Shown: positions 1 to 12,879 of the stretch, in pieces
Layout: every line of letters starts with the position of its first letter
Numbering within the stretch: the stretch's first letter is position 1
Assembly: GCA_976551045.1 (NCBI GenBank)
Contig: CDPCPM010000020.1
Span: forward strand, 186,001 to 250,000
Length of the DNA: 64,000 nt
Reading direction: 5' to 3'
DNA from: Glaucostegus cemiculus
Lineage: Eukaryota
The notes under the pieces: model-generated
The model's database searches: none
Told to the model about the DNA's origin: nothing
What the model saw: only the letters and a program-made list of their open reading frames with translations
Translations under genes and position numbers: made by a program

Positions 1-2261
1 CAGTCCTTTGTTAGGTCAAACAAGTGTAAACGTTGTTTTTAAAAGTTTATTTTACTTCCAGTACTGCATTTCTAGGATTACTGAGAAGAGGAAATGTCCA
101 AATTGTTTTACATACCTTTTTAAAAAAAAAAGTATTTTGAGTGATTTCCATTTGGTTATTTTTGTTTGCTGATTTCTCCATTTTTGATTTGTGATTTTCA
201 TTCCCTTGTCTCTCAGCTTTGCTCAATGCATTGTGTAGCTGTTCAGTTGCAAATCCTGAAATGTGAAGTTTGCCTGAAGTGTGACTAGCAATCCACATTG
301 TAAGTAAGACTTCAGAAACAAAATACTGGTGGATGTGGTAGCCTCACAAATATGCTTGATGGGAACATTGTAAATATAAAGACTTGAGTGCAGTTTTGTT
401 CATGTGAATTTGAAACATTAAAAGGTAGCATAGTCTGTTTATGTGCAAAATGTGGCTACGCAGTGAGCGACCCTTCCGCTTTTCTTAGCTCATGAATGTG
501 ATCAACCCAAGTTTTTTTTTGTGGGCACTGAAATATCCACAGTATGGCAGTGTGCTTTGACAAAAATAAATCAAACTCTGCAGTCAAGTCTTCTAAATGT
601 TTCAGCACCTACAGGTGGTTACAGCTGGCTGCAGACCCAATTAACTGATATTGCAAATACCAAAAGAATCAAGGGAATTGTTTGCAGCTAGCCTGACATA
701 CTGATTTTTAGTAGTTTCTGGAATAATGCATGAATGTGCACTGTTGGTTAGAAAATATTGTCACTCTTGTATGTTTCTAATATCTTGTTTGCTTACTTTT
801 TTTGTTCTTCTGTCTTTCTTGCAAAGAGTCACCAGCAACTACATTCTGTATTTGAAAGAGAGATTGTAGGATTAAAAAGTATCCCAGAGACTTCCTTCTT
901 CCCCTCCCATCTTCCTGCACTGCCGCCAAATCACTTATTCTTTCTCGCTTGCTCCCAATATATGTGGTATTCTCTCACTTCACTTTCTACTAATCTTTCT
1001 AATCACCCGCTTCCTTGCGCTGCTGTCTCAAATCCTTTGAACTGCCCATTTGAACCCTGGACTATCCCCTCCCCTTAGTCTATTATCTTTCACCAAGAAG
1101 AACTTGCACACACTTCACTGCTCAGGAGGTCCTAAAATGTTTTGCCGTCAGTCAAGTAATTTGTGTTTACCAAGGTTCCACAAACAGCAGTGAGATAAAT
1201 GAGGGATAGATGTTGGATAGGGAACCATGTGGAAAATTAGACACATCGTATTTGCTCCTATTTTATAATTCAAATTTAAGTCATGATAAAAATTTTCAGT
1301 CGTTGAGATCTTGGACTTTAAAATGCAATTCAATATGTAAAATTATTCACATTATTGTGGTATGTATTTATTATGTTTAAACCCTTATTATTAAAATTAG
1401 AAACATTAATCACAGAGGGGAAATCGGCAAAAGAAATATTTTCAAAAATAATTTAATTTGTAATCAGAATTACAATTTTACACACTCAAACCCCATGATA
1501 AATGTGGACTTGGGCATTTATAAAGTTAGTTGACACAAAGTATATGCCAAAAATATGACCAGAAGACCCATGTCATGGAGGTGAGATGTGTACCATATTA
1601 TAGATGTTACAAGCTTCTTTAAGATGTTAAATTTCTTAGCATTGTGAGTGGCTGTGATTATGGAAATGTTGTAAAGTGTTTTCAGAAAGTTCATTGCTTT
1701 CCTTTCATTATTGATGTTTTGTTGCTGACAGCTCACAGTAATTTTCACTGTATATAATTGTACTTTTGGTAATTTTTTTCATGTTCAAGTATGCTCTTTT
1801 GAAAATGAATTATGCGACAGTCGAATATGTACACTGCTACAACATCTCAAATGTAACCTCCCGAATCTGCATGAAACGGGGCATACTTTTAAATGCAATA
1901 ATTTGTGGTATTGCCTATGGATAGGTTTAAGGCCTGGAGCACTCTGAATCTTCTGGTGCAAAAGTTGCCTACCCATCTTAAGACTGCTGCTTAGGATATG
2001 CTGAAAACATTGTTCCTACCATAATCATAGGGCCAGTTGGAGGTGAATTATCACACTCATTCTGTTTTCACCTTTGGCTCAGCTCATCACTCCTGAGAAC
2101 TTCACATCCATTATTTGGTTGCCTCTTAAATTTGACTGTTCTAGTGAACTCATGGCTGGTCTCCAAACTTGCACCCCCTCTCTTCATTTGCTTGCAAGCA
2201 TCCTGTCAAATTTAAAAGAAACCTTCAATCCAGCAGCCTGTATCTCATCCGTGTGTTATCT

Positions 2262-2550
2262 TCCTTCCCCAGGGTGAAAATGTCAAATACTGGAGTACAT
2301 GGCTTTATGTGAGAGGGGGAAAGCTTAAAGGAGATTTATGAGAAATTTTCTTTTTCCAGAGTGGTAGGGGTCTGGAACATGCTGCTGGGGAGGTGTGGAA
2401 GCAGACACGATAGTAATGTTTAAGAGGCACGTGAACAGGAGGGATATCGACCATGTGCGGCCAGATGTGCAGTTTAAATTGGTATCACGGTCGGCGTAGA
2501 CATTGCAAGCCAAAAGGCCTGTTCCTGTGGTGTACTTTTTTATGTTCTAA
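2262..2550 (+). mobile_element. CR1-clade LINE 3' end
   Basis: Decayed ORF2 C-terminus (cagagtggtaggggtctggaac) and 3' UTR ending ggcctgttcctgtg...tatgttcta. Confidence 0.75.
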
Positions 2551-4089
2551 CCTTGTCTGTGCTTTCCCTCTTCCCCACCACCACCCTCCCCCCATGCTGT
2601 CTGACGTCCCCCTACTCTCTTGCATTTGTTGCAATAGCAGGATAGTTTTTGGGCTACAAATTGTTCACCAATATATCTAAGAGAATATATATCTTGAGAA
2701 TTTATTTTAAGAAGTAACTTGCAGTTGCTTCCCCTTTTGCCCTGATGTACTGATTATAGCACCACTGGCATCGGTGGTTTTTCAAAACCTCACCCAAGGT
2801 AGTTAGAATTTGAATATTGAACTGATGATCCAACCCTTGTGCCATGTGTGCACACGCCACTGAGTAATTATCTGGTGTAGGGCTTTCATTGATATTTGTG
2901 CTGCCTCAAATTTGGTTGGAAACTGACTTGCACCTAATCAAGGGATAGTATTAAATGATGCCTACTATGTCAATACAGGGTTCCAATGGCATAACATTTG
3001 GTAGTTTAGAAACTCAAGAATACTCTGGGAAGTTGGCTTGTTATTGGTGGCTTAGGTTAAATTTTATTCATTTCCAAGGCATGATCCAAGATGTGTTTTA
3101 AGCATTGCCTTGCATCTACTTTTACTCTTAATCATATCTTCTGAATCATACCAAGGTTATGGGTACATATCAATTTATATGAAGCTGCTTTAGTTCTCTG
3201 CTTAATAGTGTTGTATTAAAAGGCAGTCAGTGACTACTAATTTGAAACATTTTTCATTGCTCCCTTCCAATTTGTGTTCTGCCCACTTGGCTGCGATATT
3301 GAAATTCTGGCTTGATTTTCTAAAAATCTCTGTTCATTTTCAGCTTGTGGTTGATAAAAAGTTCCCACTTGTTCTTTGTTATTCTCATTTCTTGCCTCTA
3401 CCCATATTACATTGGCTGTTTACATCATTCTTTTCATGGCTGTTATCTTTTATTATTAATACAGATGTTTTGTTTATGCAATTTGCATTCCATTGCAAAT
3501 GAACTTTTAGCTGTGGTTTTGTGGATGACTGTTTTGAAATCTATCTGGTGTTAGAGGGAGCACTAAATTTACTCGATTTAGTGTACGTATTTTACAAATC
3601 TCAGTTAAAGTAAAATAACTGTTGCAGGTGTTGTTCCAGTTTCTGAACAGGCATATTTTTATGTCCAGATCAGATCAAGGCTTGACCAGATCTGACCCAG
3701 TGAAGATCTTTTTGCTGGCAGTTGGAGGAATTTCCCTACACAACCCACAATGATGAAGAAAAGGAAGCAGCTGAGAACAGTATTTAATACCACATTAAAT
3801 CTTGAAGTGCAGCATTTTGAAAACTCACTTACGTTCATGACATTTTACAATCCATGTTTGACAAAATGCAAAATTTATTAGCAGTTTAGAGAATTTTCTC
3901 ACTTTCAGTTCTCTTTATGCATTCCTCCTCCCCATTGTCCCAATGGGGCAATAATTGGGGTTTCCCCCTCTATTGTTCTTGCTGCCCTAAATGCAAAATC
4001 ATTCCAGAAAAGTGAGAAGTTATGTAATAAAATTTAGTAATTAAAAATGTTAAAAACTGTTTGCAGTTATGATACCTTAACTTAGAAAA

Positions 4090-4600
4090 TACGCCACATT
4101 GCTTCACAGAGTGTAACTGAACAAAAAGCAAAACTGAACCAGAGAGAAATATTTGGATAGATGACCAAAACTTGGTCAGAAAGGCATATTTTGAGGAGGG
4201 TTTTCAAAGGATGAGAGAGAGAGAAGAGGTAAAGAGGATCAGAGGAGGGAATTTGAGCTTGTATACCAGATGGCTGAAGACTTCGTCAACTTTGGTGGGA
4301 TAAAGGAAGTGTGGAGAAGTCAGAGTTTTCTGAAGTTGTCGAGCTGGAGGAGGTTATAGAAATGGAAAGCTATGAGACCATGGAGGAATTTGAAGATAAG
4401 GATGAGAATTTTATAATTATGTTACTGGTCTGGAAGTCAATATATGTTGGTAAGCACTATGATGACGGATGAATGGTACCTGGTCCGGACATGGAATGCA
4501 GTCAGCAAAGCTTTGGATAAGCTTCTGTTTATGGAAAGTGGAACACTGGAGGTAAACTAGAAGAGCACAGAAAGAGTGGAGTCTGGAGGTAACAAAATTA
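4090..4600 (-). mobile_element. L2-clade LINE 3' fragment
   Basis: Purine-rich antisense signature (gatgaccaaaacttggtc...gagggaatt...gctgaag...ggagaagtcagag); recognised by eye. Confidence 0.55.
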
Positions 4601-4989
4601 ATACGCTGAGCCTGAGGCCCAGAAGAACAATCGGGTTAAATGGGGAAACGGTTTATTGAAATCAGGTTGCAGTTGGCATGTGCGTTGACTGAACTGTGTT
4701 GGAATTCGTAGCAATTTCACATCAACGCAAGTTATTTATGCTGTTGAAATAGCTTTAAACAGATATTTAATTTTAACACAAGTGGGGGCTGGGGGAGGGG
4801 GAAGGAGAATCGATGAGAACACTCCTTGTAATGTACCACCTTTTAGACTGATTTTCGTGGCAGGTAAGAAATAGAGACAATATCTTTTAATTAAAAGTAC
4901 AGTGATAGTTCGATATTAAGTGAGGAGTTTGTTAACATTATCGTAGGTATGATTTAAGTATCATTGCTGTTGAACTCTACGTTTTCATT

Positions 4990-5880
4990 TGATTTTAGAA
5001 ATGGATACTTTGTGTTTACGGTTGAGTTTCAAAATTGAGCCACCGTTACCAGTCCGTTCTTTTGTTCGCTGGTACGCGATGCTTTGTGTTGCTTGGATTT
5101 TAGTTCATTGACGTGTTCCGCTGTTTAGTTTCACTTTTTTAGTACAAGCAGTTTTGGGCTTGTGTGCCACTTACTACCAAAATATTGTTTAAACAGCTTG
5201 TAGAATAGATTTTCGTCGGGTGTGTTTAAATAATTTTTGGGATCCGTCTTGGAAACTGAGAACCTTCTCAGTTTTACTTCGAAACGGATGGGATAAGGTT
5301 TTCTGTCGGAACTAGGCATTTTATTGCATTGGCCCGTTGCTGTTTGTGTCTGCAGATTTTGCTATTCAATTGAATATTTAAGACGCCTTTCAGATACGCC
5401 TTCATTTCTTTAGTAACATTTTACGATAATTATCTCCGTGTTTTTGTTCAAAATTTTGCCTAAGCTGGAACGAGCGTTTGGGAGCCACTGTTTCTAACCG
5501 GAACGGAAGTGATGACGTTTCCGTCGCTCCTCTGGATGTTTTTGGTCCTGTTCACTTTTCATTTTTCTCGTATTCTTTTTTTTTTCCCTCTGTAGGTTTA
5601 AGTCAAGTCGGATTTTTCTTTTAATTTTACATTTACTCTTGAGTTTTGTGGAACGTTTTTAATTACTTCGTGACAGGAAACAGTGAAGCCGAACCCGGAG
5701 AAAGTGAGGAGTGGCCGGGGCCCGAGCTGGAGCCTCCTGCCCGAGGCCAATGTCGATCATAAAGCTTTCTATACAAGGAATGGGATCAGCCATGCAGTGG
5801 GGAATTTCCACCAGGATTTATGGATTGCGGGGGGTATAGGAATAGGGCAAGCAATAAGGTAAATAGATTTTCATCGGTAT
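4990..5880 (+). promoter_or_regulatory. CpG-enriched putative promoter / first-exon region
   Basis: Clearly more CpGs than the flanks. ETS-type CCGGAA and CGGAAGTG (5498-5511), CRE half-site TGACG (5513-5517), ATTGG (5328-5332) and CCAAT (5747-5751). Confidence 0.65.
5596..5858 (+). other. KMT2D: Putative 5' UTR exon of KMT2D (5' boundary uncertain)
   Basis: Donor AAG|GTAAAT at 5858/5859 after a GC-rich block. The 5' end is either a TSS near 5520 or the acceptor (long pyrimidine tract, tgtag|G) at 5595/5596. Confidence 0.55.
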
Positions 5881-8800
5881 CGATGACTGATTTGGCGGTT
5901 TGTAATTTGTTAAATGTAAAATGCTGCAAATTATTTTAAATTTCAAGAATCTCATTTGAAAGATGGTTGTAAATAAAGTTATGTTCATATTTCATAATTA
6001 TGTAAATAACAATATATGCCTGAAGAGAAATGCATTGGAAATGAAGTTTAATTCATATTGGCCTTCACAAAGCCATATAAGGTCAGGTCAGTTACTTAGT
6101 GTGACCTTTTGTTATTGCTGTTTGAATTATGAACAGTTCTGAAATGCTTGGACTTGTGTATTCAGAAGTAGTTTCACAGGGAAGATTTTTCCATGGAAGT
6201 GTAGGAGTTTATTGTGCGAGTGGCCAATGGAATGGGCATTTTTTTTGTGTGGTGGCACAAACTGTGTAGAAGAGCATTTTTTTTTCCTGTAGGGACAGTC
6301 CAGCATTTTTTTAAATCCCTGCTTTAATTTGATTTTAGAGGATAACTTTGACTCGATACTGGTGATTGGCATAAGTGTGTTTTTATGTAAGATTAAAGCT
6401 CTTGAAATGTTACTTTAAAAATCCTAGGTTTTTTTTTCCAAAACAATATGGAGTAAAATATTTTTGTGTTCCACAGAAAATACATGTACTTTAAAGGCAA
6501 TTCTTAGTTTAATCAATTTAAAGTCTAGCAATACAAAACTGATCTTTTGTTTTTTGTCACCTCATTCAAAAGAGTTATCCTATCCTCGTCTTTATTGTGG
6601 TGTTCGGATTTCATTTCAGGAGCATAATGTGATCAGATGTTCTACAATGCTTTCACTTTCTATTTAACAGATTTTCAATTATTTCTGAATCTGAACTAAG
6701 CATACAGTTATATGCCAATACACAGGAGTTGGGGGGCTTTGTTTTGTAATTAGGCATATTATAGTTATTCAATATGTTGATTTTGTTTTGATATCCCTGA
6801 TTCGCGAGTAGGTTTGATAATCATTTTGCCTGTACTTTTGTTGGTAAATAGTATTAACTCAGTGGCAATTTTTTATTAGATTTAGTATTAGATTTAAATT
6901 GCATCAGTTCCCATTACTTGCAGTACTATGTAAACTTAATAGTTACATCAAAGGCAGAACTTGGTAGACACCCAAAGTGCATTGGTACTGTGTATTTTGC
7001 TTTTTTCAGAAGCTGGAACATGCGTAGTGATGGGGGGTTTACATTGCAGCGGTACGCTGTAGTTTCATGTTTATTATTCAGTTCTAGTGTCTCACATGAC
7101 ATTATACTGCTAAATCTGTGTGTTATGAAATGTTATCTATTTTAAGATCAATGTGTCTGTTTGAACCTTGATTTAAGAGGAGCAAAGAAATGAAGTTTAC
7201 AGTGAGTTTGATCTTGTGTGCATCCATGTCTTTTGCAGTAAATGATGTAGGAAAAAGATGCAAAAGATTTGGACCTAACAGCACTGAAGGAATGGTGATT
7301 ACATTTAAGTCGGTTGGTATTTTTGTTGGTCCTAGGTGCTCGCTGCCCTTGTCGTGTTTGGTAGCATTTCCCAATGGTTTACCATTGTCCTTTTTAAAGA
7401 TTTGGCAAGTGATGTTGAAATGGTGTTCTTGGAGCTACTTGCATTGTTTGGTGAGCATTGTAAGTGTGTTTTTTGACTGTTATTTCCACCTTTGTGCATC
7501 TAGTGTTAGCTTCATGCAGTTCCACCTGAGCTGGTTTGCCTTAATTGTCCCAATCATTCTTGTGGCCTTTGCATGTGACTGCAAGTTGATGTTGGATTAA
7601 AGCAAATTTTGTTTTATGGGCTTATGTATTGTTTAATTATGCCCAAGGAGGGTAGATTTTCATTCTGGGTTGAATTTAACCTGAGATCTCAGTGGTGAAG
7701 CATTTCTCCAAACCTTCTGTACAACTCCGATCACAAGTGTAAAATTCTTAGTGCATAATGCACTTGTGCAAAATGGGTTTGTTGTAAATATTTTTCATAT
7801 TTGCTAGTTATGAGACAGAAAGGAGGAGATTTCATAAGCTTTATAAATCTGCAATTTAGAAACAAGTATTTATTGGCAAACAGTTTTTTTTTAGTAACAG
7901 GCAGAAAGTAGTGTACATTTTGAACATTTATGCTGAATTGTATCAGTTTTGGAGAGAGACTACATTTTTCTCTTCTCTCCAATTCCATGTGTTGTGCAGA
8001 GTAGCAATTGATCTGTTTTTATTTACTGCAGCCAATTTTTTTGTAATATGACAAGACACTTCTGTAAGTTTGTTCTATTGTGAAGCAGCTTGTACATTTC
8101 AGTATGATTTAAATGAGATATAAGCAGGTGCAATAGGAGGAACTGTCCTCTGTTCAGTTTGTAGCTGCATTTTAAATGAGTGTACAATGTGTTTATAATC
8201 CTACTCCAAACAGTGAATAGAATCAGAATGTTTGTGAATTTGATGACCTGAGTTATTTTGATGATTTTAATTTTAGCAATGAATGTGAACTTCGTTTCAA
8301 CTTTCTAGGCCAGTATATACCCATCAAAATTTTTGTTTACCAGATTCATTCTGATGGAAGAGGGCAATTTACTTTGCAACGCAAGTGAAGAACCTGATTA
8401 CTGAGCCTTGTGTGTAACTTGGGCTTTTTATATTTATAATCTTGACACTTGAGGCAATGTGACGTGCACAAACACAGCTTATATTGTACAGAACCATTTC
8501 AAGCTTGTGCATCCTTTGAAGTAATCTTGATAACCTGAATAACTCTGGATCATCCTTGGTGGGAACATATGTACAGGTCAGCATTGTGAAAAATGCAGCT
8601 GGGGAAAAATAGAAGCCTGTGGAAACTGCTGCAATATTTGGATTGGTGAGACAATAAATTTGGTAAAAGTGTAATTATGGACCAGTCAACAGGATTAAAT
8701 GGATTAATGATCTGAAATCAGTCCCAAGATTTTGCACTGTGGCATTGGTGTCAGTAATTTTTCAGATTTTTTTTTATCACAAGTTTTGTATAGTTATTAC

Positions 8801-9249
8801 CAGAGCTTTTTTGATTTATTTAGTTTGGAATCTAATAATGTCTTTTTTTTAATGAGTTGTCTTTAACTGTAAATTTTTCCATCTTGGAATTCCATGTTGA
8901 ATTCCATCCCCCCCCCCATTATATTTTTTTGCCCTTGCTGCAATCCTGAAACTACAGAGTTACATGGCATCCTGTGTTACTGTCACAAAAGTAAACCTCC
9001 AGCCTTCTCCTTATCAGTCTATATGCAGCTTTTGATGTGGTTGAACACAACATTCTCCTTCAACACATCTCCACTGTTGTGCAGCTGAGTGGATCTTCAG
9101 TTGCTTGGTTTCATTCTTACCTGCCTGATTGCAGCCAGTGAATTACCTACCGTGGCTTCTTTCACAGTGTTATCTCCAGTCCTCTGATCCATCCTTGACC
9201 TCTCCTATTTGTCCCCTAACTGCTGCATCTCAGTGACTTTGTCCTAAAG

Positions 9250-9570
9250 AATTAAAGGGAGTTGATGGGCACATGAGTGACAGAGTAAGCTGCAAAGGTA
9301 CAGGGAAAGGAAAAGAGGGGGAATGAAATTGATGGGATTGCTGCCCTGGGAGCTGGCATAGACCTAATGAGCCAAATGCTGGCCCTTGGTGCCCCTTTTC
9401 GGTAGTGTCACATATATGCTGGCAACATTTGACACCTCAGTTGTCAAACTGCTTGTCCAGCATGCAGCACGAGATGAACAGAAATTTCATCCCATCAAAT
9501 TGTCTTTGGTCCTCGCCACAAACTCTGTTGCCTAGCTACTGATTCCGTTCCCTCTTCAACCACTTGGTTG
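9250..9570 (+). mobile_element. Adjacent old LINE fragments (CR1 3' UTR, then L2 ORF2 piece)
   Basis: gagctggcatagacctaatgagccaaatg tail, followed by gtctttggtcctcgccacaaactc (VFGPRHKL). Confidence 0.5.
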
Positions 9571-10167
9571 GGGGCGAGTTACATTACTACGCAAGAAAGG
9601 TGACACAGCACCTTGAAAGCAGAGAAATCATGTATGCAGTTGGTGGGCTTATTGCTTGAAATTCATTACTGTCATTTACTTTTAAATATTGTAGCTTATT
9701 GTTAAATTTTACACCCCTCACCACAGCATCAACCAAGCCTATGGTAATTTTGTCCCTTTAATTATATGTAGCTAGATGGATAGATAAGATATTCCATGAT
9801 CTAATTGAATGTTGTAAGAAGCTAGAAGGGCTGAATAGCCTACTCCCTGTTCCTGTGTGCTGATTGCAGAATTTATGTAAAACAAAATATTGAATTTTTG
9901 CTGGATATAGTTATTGTATCATGGTATTTGGCAACTTCCAAGTTTATTGTTAGAGTTACTCAATGTTCAGTACTCAATTAGGAAAGCTTAATATGGCATT
10001 TATTCATTGAGACTATGAACCTTCTACTCATACAGAAATTGCACTGCTATTCATCACACCTTTTTATTTTTTTTTAATTACCTTGGGTCTCCTTGTAAGA
10101 ATACTGCTCCCAATATATTTTTCAGGTGTTTCAGTAAGGGGTGTCGGATCTGGGAAAAGAGTTCAGT

Positions 10168-10216
10168 ATGGATGGAATGGAATCGAGCAATGAGGACAAT
10201 TGCTCAAGTGCCACAG
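10168..10216 (+). CDS. KMT2D: Coding exon 1 (MDGMESSNEDNCSSAT); exon starts 10126
   Basis: Acceptor ttttcag|G at 10125/10126, in-frame upstream TAA, ATG in agtATGG context, donor CAG|GTATGC; 49 coding nt, ends phase 1. Confidence 0.75.
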
Positions 10217-11404
10217 GTATGCCTCTTTGTATATGTAGCTTGTTTACATGTGTTTGTACTAAATCTGCATGTAATTTAGTGTGGCCTGAAACACTGTCCC
10301 GTTGCTTCTTAAATGCTTGGCAACTGATCTATTGTCACCTTCCATATGGATGCTTCCAGCTCCACAGTCATAACTGTTGTCAGTCAATTTGACATTCAGT
10401 TACGCAGTCATTGGTTATTTACACCATATTTTTGTCCCTTATTCTGAGATGCAGGTCATACCATTCCATCCCATCTTTTCCCCCAACCATCCTGACTCTC
10501 TAAGAAAACTCTAACTCAGGTTGTGACGTGCCTGAAATCTAAAGATGGAGGATTAAACTGAGAATCATTGTTTCATTATACTTTGCCAGTTGTATCTGCC
10601 ACTTGGCTTCCTTAACTTCAAAAGAGTGGACGAATGAAAACTATCAAACCATGCGTTAGGATATAAACTAGTTAGATTGACTGAACAATAACCAGATAAA
10701 TAAACAATTAGGTTGAAGTAAATAGATAGTAATTACAGAATGTCTGACTAAAAACAAATAAGGTGAATGCATGACACAAATATGCTCGGAAATACAATTT
10801 GTTACTACTATTGCAGCTGGTCAGTGGAGTTTCCAGCCTGCCTGATCATTGTTCAGGTCAGAATGAGTCCTGACTGAGAACAAGTCCGATATACAATTCA
10901 ATCTGCATTGAAACATCATGGTCAATTGTTTATATGATTGTGTATAAAGACCCCCATTTCTTAGTCTGTCTGTGCCCTGCTGAACTGTCAAGCTCACTAA
11001 ATTGAACTGATCAACTTCTGAGCAAACGTGGATATAACAAATATCACTTGGGGGAAATAATCCTTTGAACTGATTGTTCGCACATACGGTCATCGTGTGT
11101 TCTCTGTAGCCATTAATTGGTTAGATTTTCACATTTGTGCATCTATAAGCTACACAAACTAAATGTCTTTTAATGAAGTAATGGATTATTATTCTTATTG
11201 AAGAATGTACTGATGAAATTTACTGCATTACAACATAACCTACCGATGCCGATGATGAGCTTTCAATTCAAATGTAAATACAGCTTGTTTTCTAATGGAG
11301 CCCCAAAGTAATTTTTAAGCTTTCTCTTGGAGCAAGTCTGAATTTGTGTGCTCAAGCACATACCAATAACATCCTTTAATATTATTCCTGAAATTTTTAT
11401 TATG

Positions 11405-12835
11405 GTAAGAACGCAAGAAATAGAAGCAGGAGTAGACCATTCAGCTCCTTGTACGTGGTCTGTTATTCAGTAAGATCATGACTTATCTATTACCTCAGCC
11501 CACTTTCCTGCACTAATTCCAAATCCTTGGATATCTAAAAATCAGTTTTTGTTTTGAATATACTGTGCCTCCACAGCAATCTTTGGGTAGAGAATTCCAA
11601 GGTTCATGACCCTCTGAGTGAAGGAATTTCCTGGCTTAGGACTTGAGACTGACACTTGAGACTGACCCCTGGTTCTACACACCCCACTCGGGGAAACATC
11701 AACTCCATGTCAAACACCAAAGAATTTTGTGCATTTCATTGAGGTCCCCTCCTCTTCTCCTAAACTGGAACAGTCTGCTTCATTTCTTCTACAACAAACA
11801 TGCCATCCCTGTTAAACCCTATCTGCACTCAAGTATGTTCTTGCTTTTGGATCTATACACCATCTCACCGGGGCCTTGTGTACTTGGATCAAGATGGTTT
11901 TACTCTTGTACTCAAATCTTCTTGCAATGAAGGCCAGTGTCTGTTTGCCTGATTATTTGCTGTACCTGCATGTGCTTCAGTGATTTGTGTACAAGGCCTC
12001 CCAAGTTCCTCTGCACACCAACACCATTCCATTTCTATTTAAAGAATACTTTACCTTCTCTATTTTTTTCTACCACATTTCCATATTACTTTCCATCTGC
12101 CGTATCCTTTACCATACACTTAAACTGTCAATGTTCCCAGATGTCCCTCTGCATCTTTCCTTAGACCACACTGATACCTAGCTTTTGTATCATCAGCAAA
12201 CTTGGATAAGTTAATGTTACACTTGATGCCCTCATCCAAGTTCTGAATATAGATTGTAAGCTGCTGGGCCCAAGCGCCGATCCTGTAGCACCCCACATCA
12301 CAATCTACCAACCAAAAAGTGACCCATCTTATTTTTACTGTTTTCTGTCCATTAACCAAAACTCAGTCCAGTTGTGGTGCACTGTAAGATTGTTTATTAT
12401 TTCTTAATCTGTGGCCTTCCAAAAGTTCAAATTCATGATATAAATTGGTTCTCCCTTATTCTGCTGGTTACAACTTTAAAACAAAACTTGTAACACATTA
12501 TTCAAATGTAATTTCACTTAGGGCAGAATAAATGTGGATCTGCCAATCTTGTTATTTTCTAAATGCCTTTTACCATTTCCTTAATAATACATTCCAGCAT
12601 TTTCCCTGTTACTGATATCAGGCCATCTGGTTTATAGTTCTTGTCATTTTTATCTTCAGTAGTGGGGTTATGTTTTCCACATTCCAACCTGTAGGAAACA
12701 TTTAAAAATCTATGGAATTTCGGATGATGACAGTTAGTACATCCATAGCTACCTCCCTCGGAACCTTTAGGACTCAAGTCATCAGGTCCCGGGCATTTAT
12801 TGGCTTTCAAGCCCATTAATTTCTCAAATTAATTT
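11405..12835 (-). mobile_element. Decayed CR1 LINE (RT to 3' end, internally deleted)
   Basis: Minus-strand ORFs NLSKFADDTK (12120..12359) and GLKANKCPGPDDL / SVTGKMLECIIK (12559..12816); 3' tail near 11405. Confidence 0.88.
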
Positions 12836-12879
12836 TCTGCTGATGCCAATTACAATCATTTATTATTTTTGAGATGCTC

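Noticed and set aside
1-1960. Possible 3' UTR of an upstream gene (AATAAA near 565, TGTATATA near 1748)
   Set aside because: No coding exon or other support in the window; such motifs are common in AT-rich DNA.
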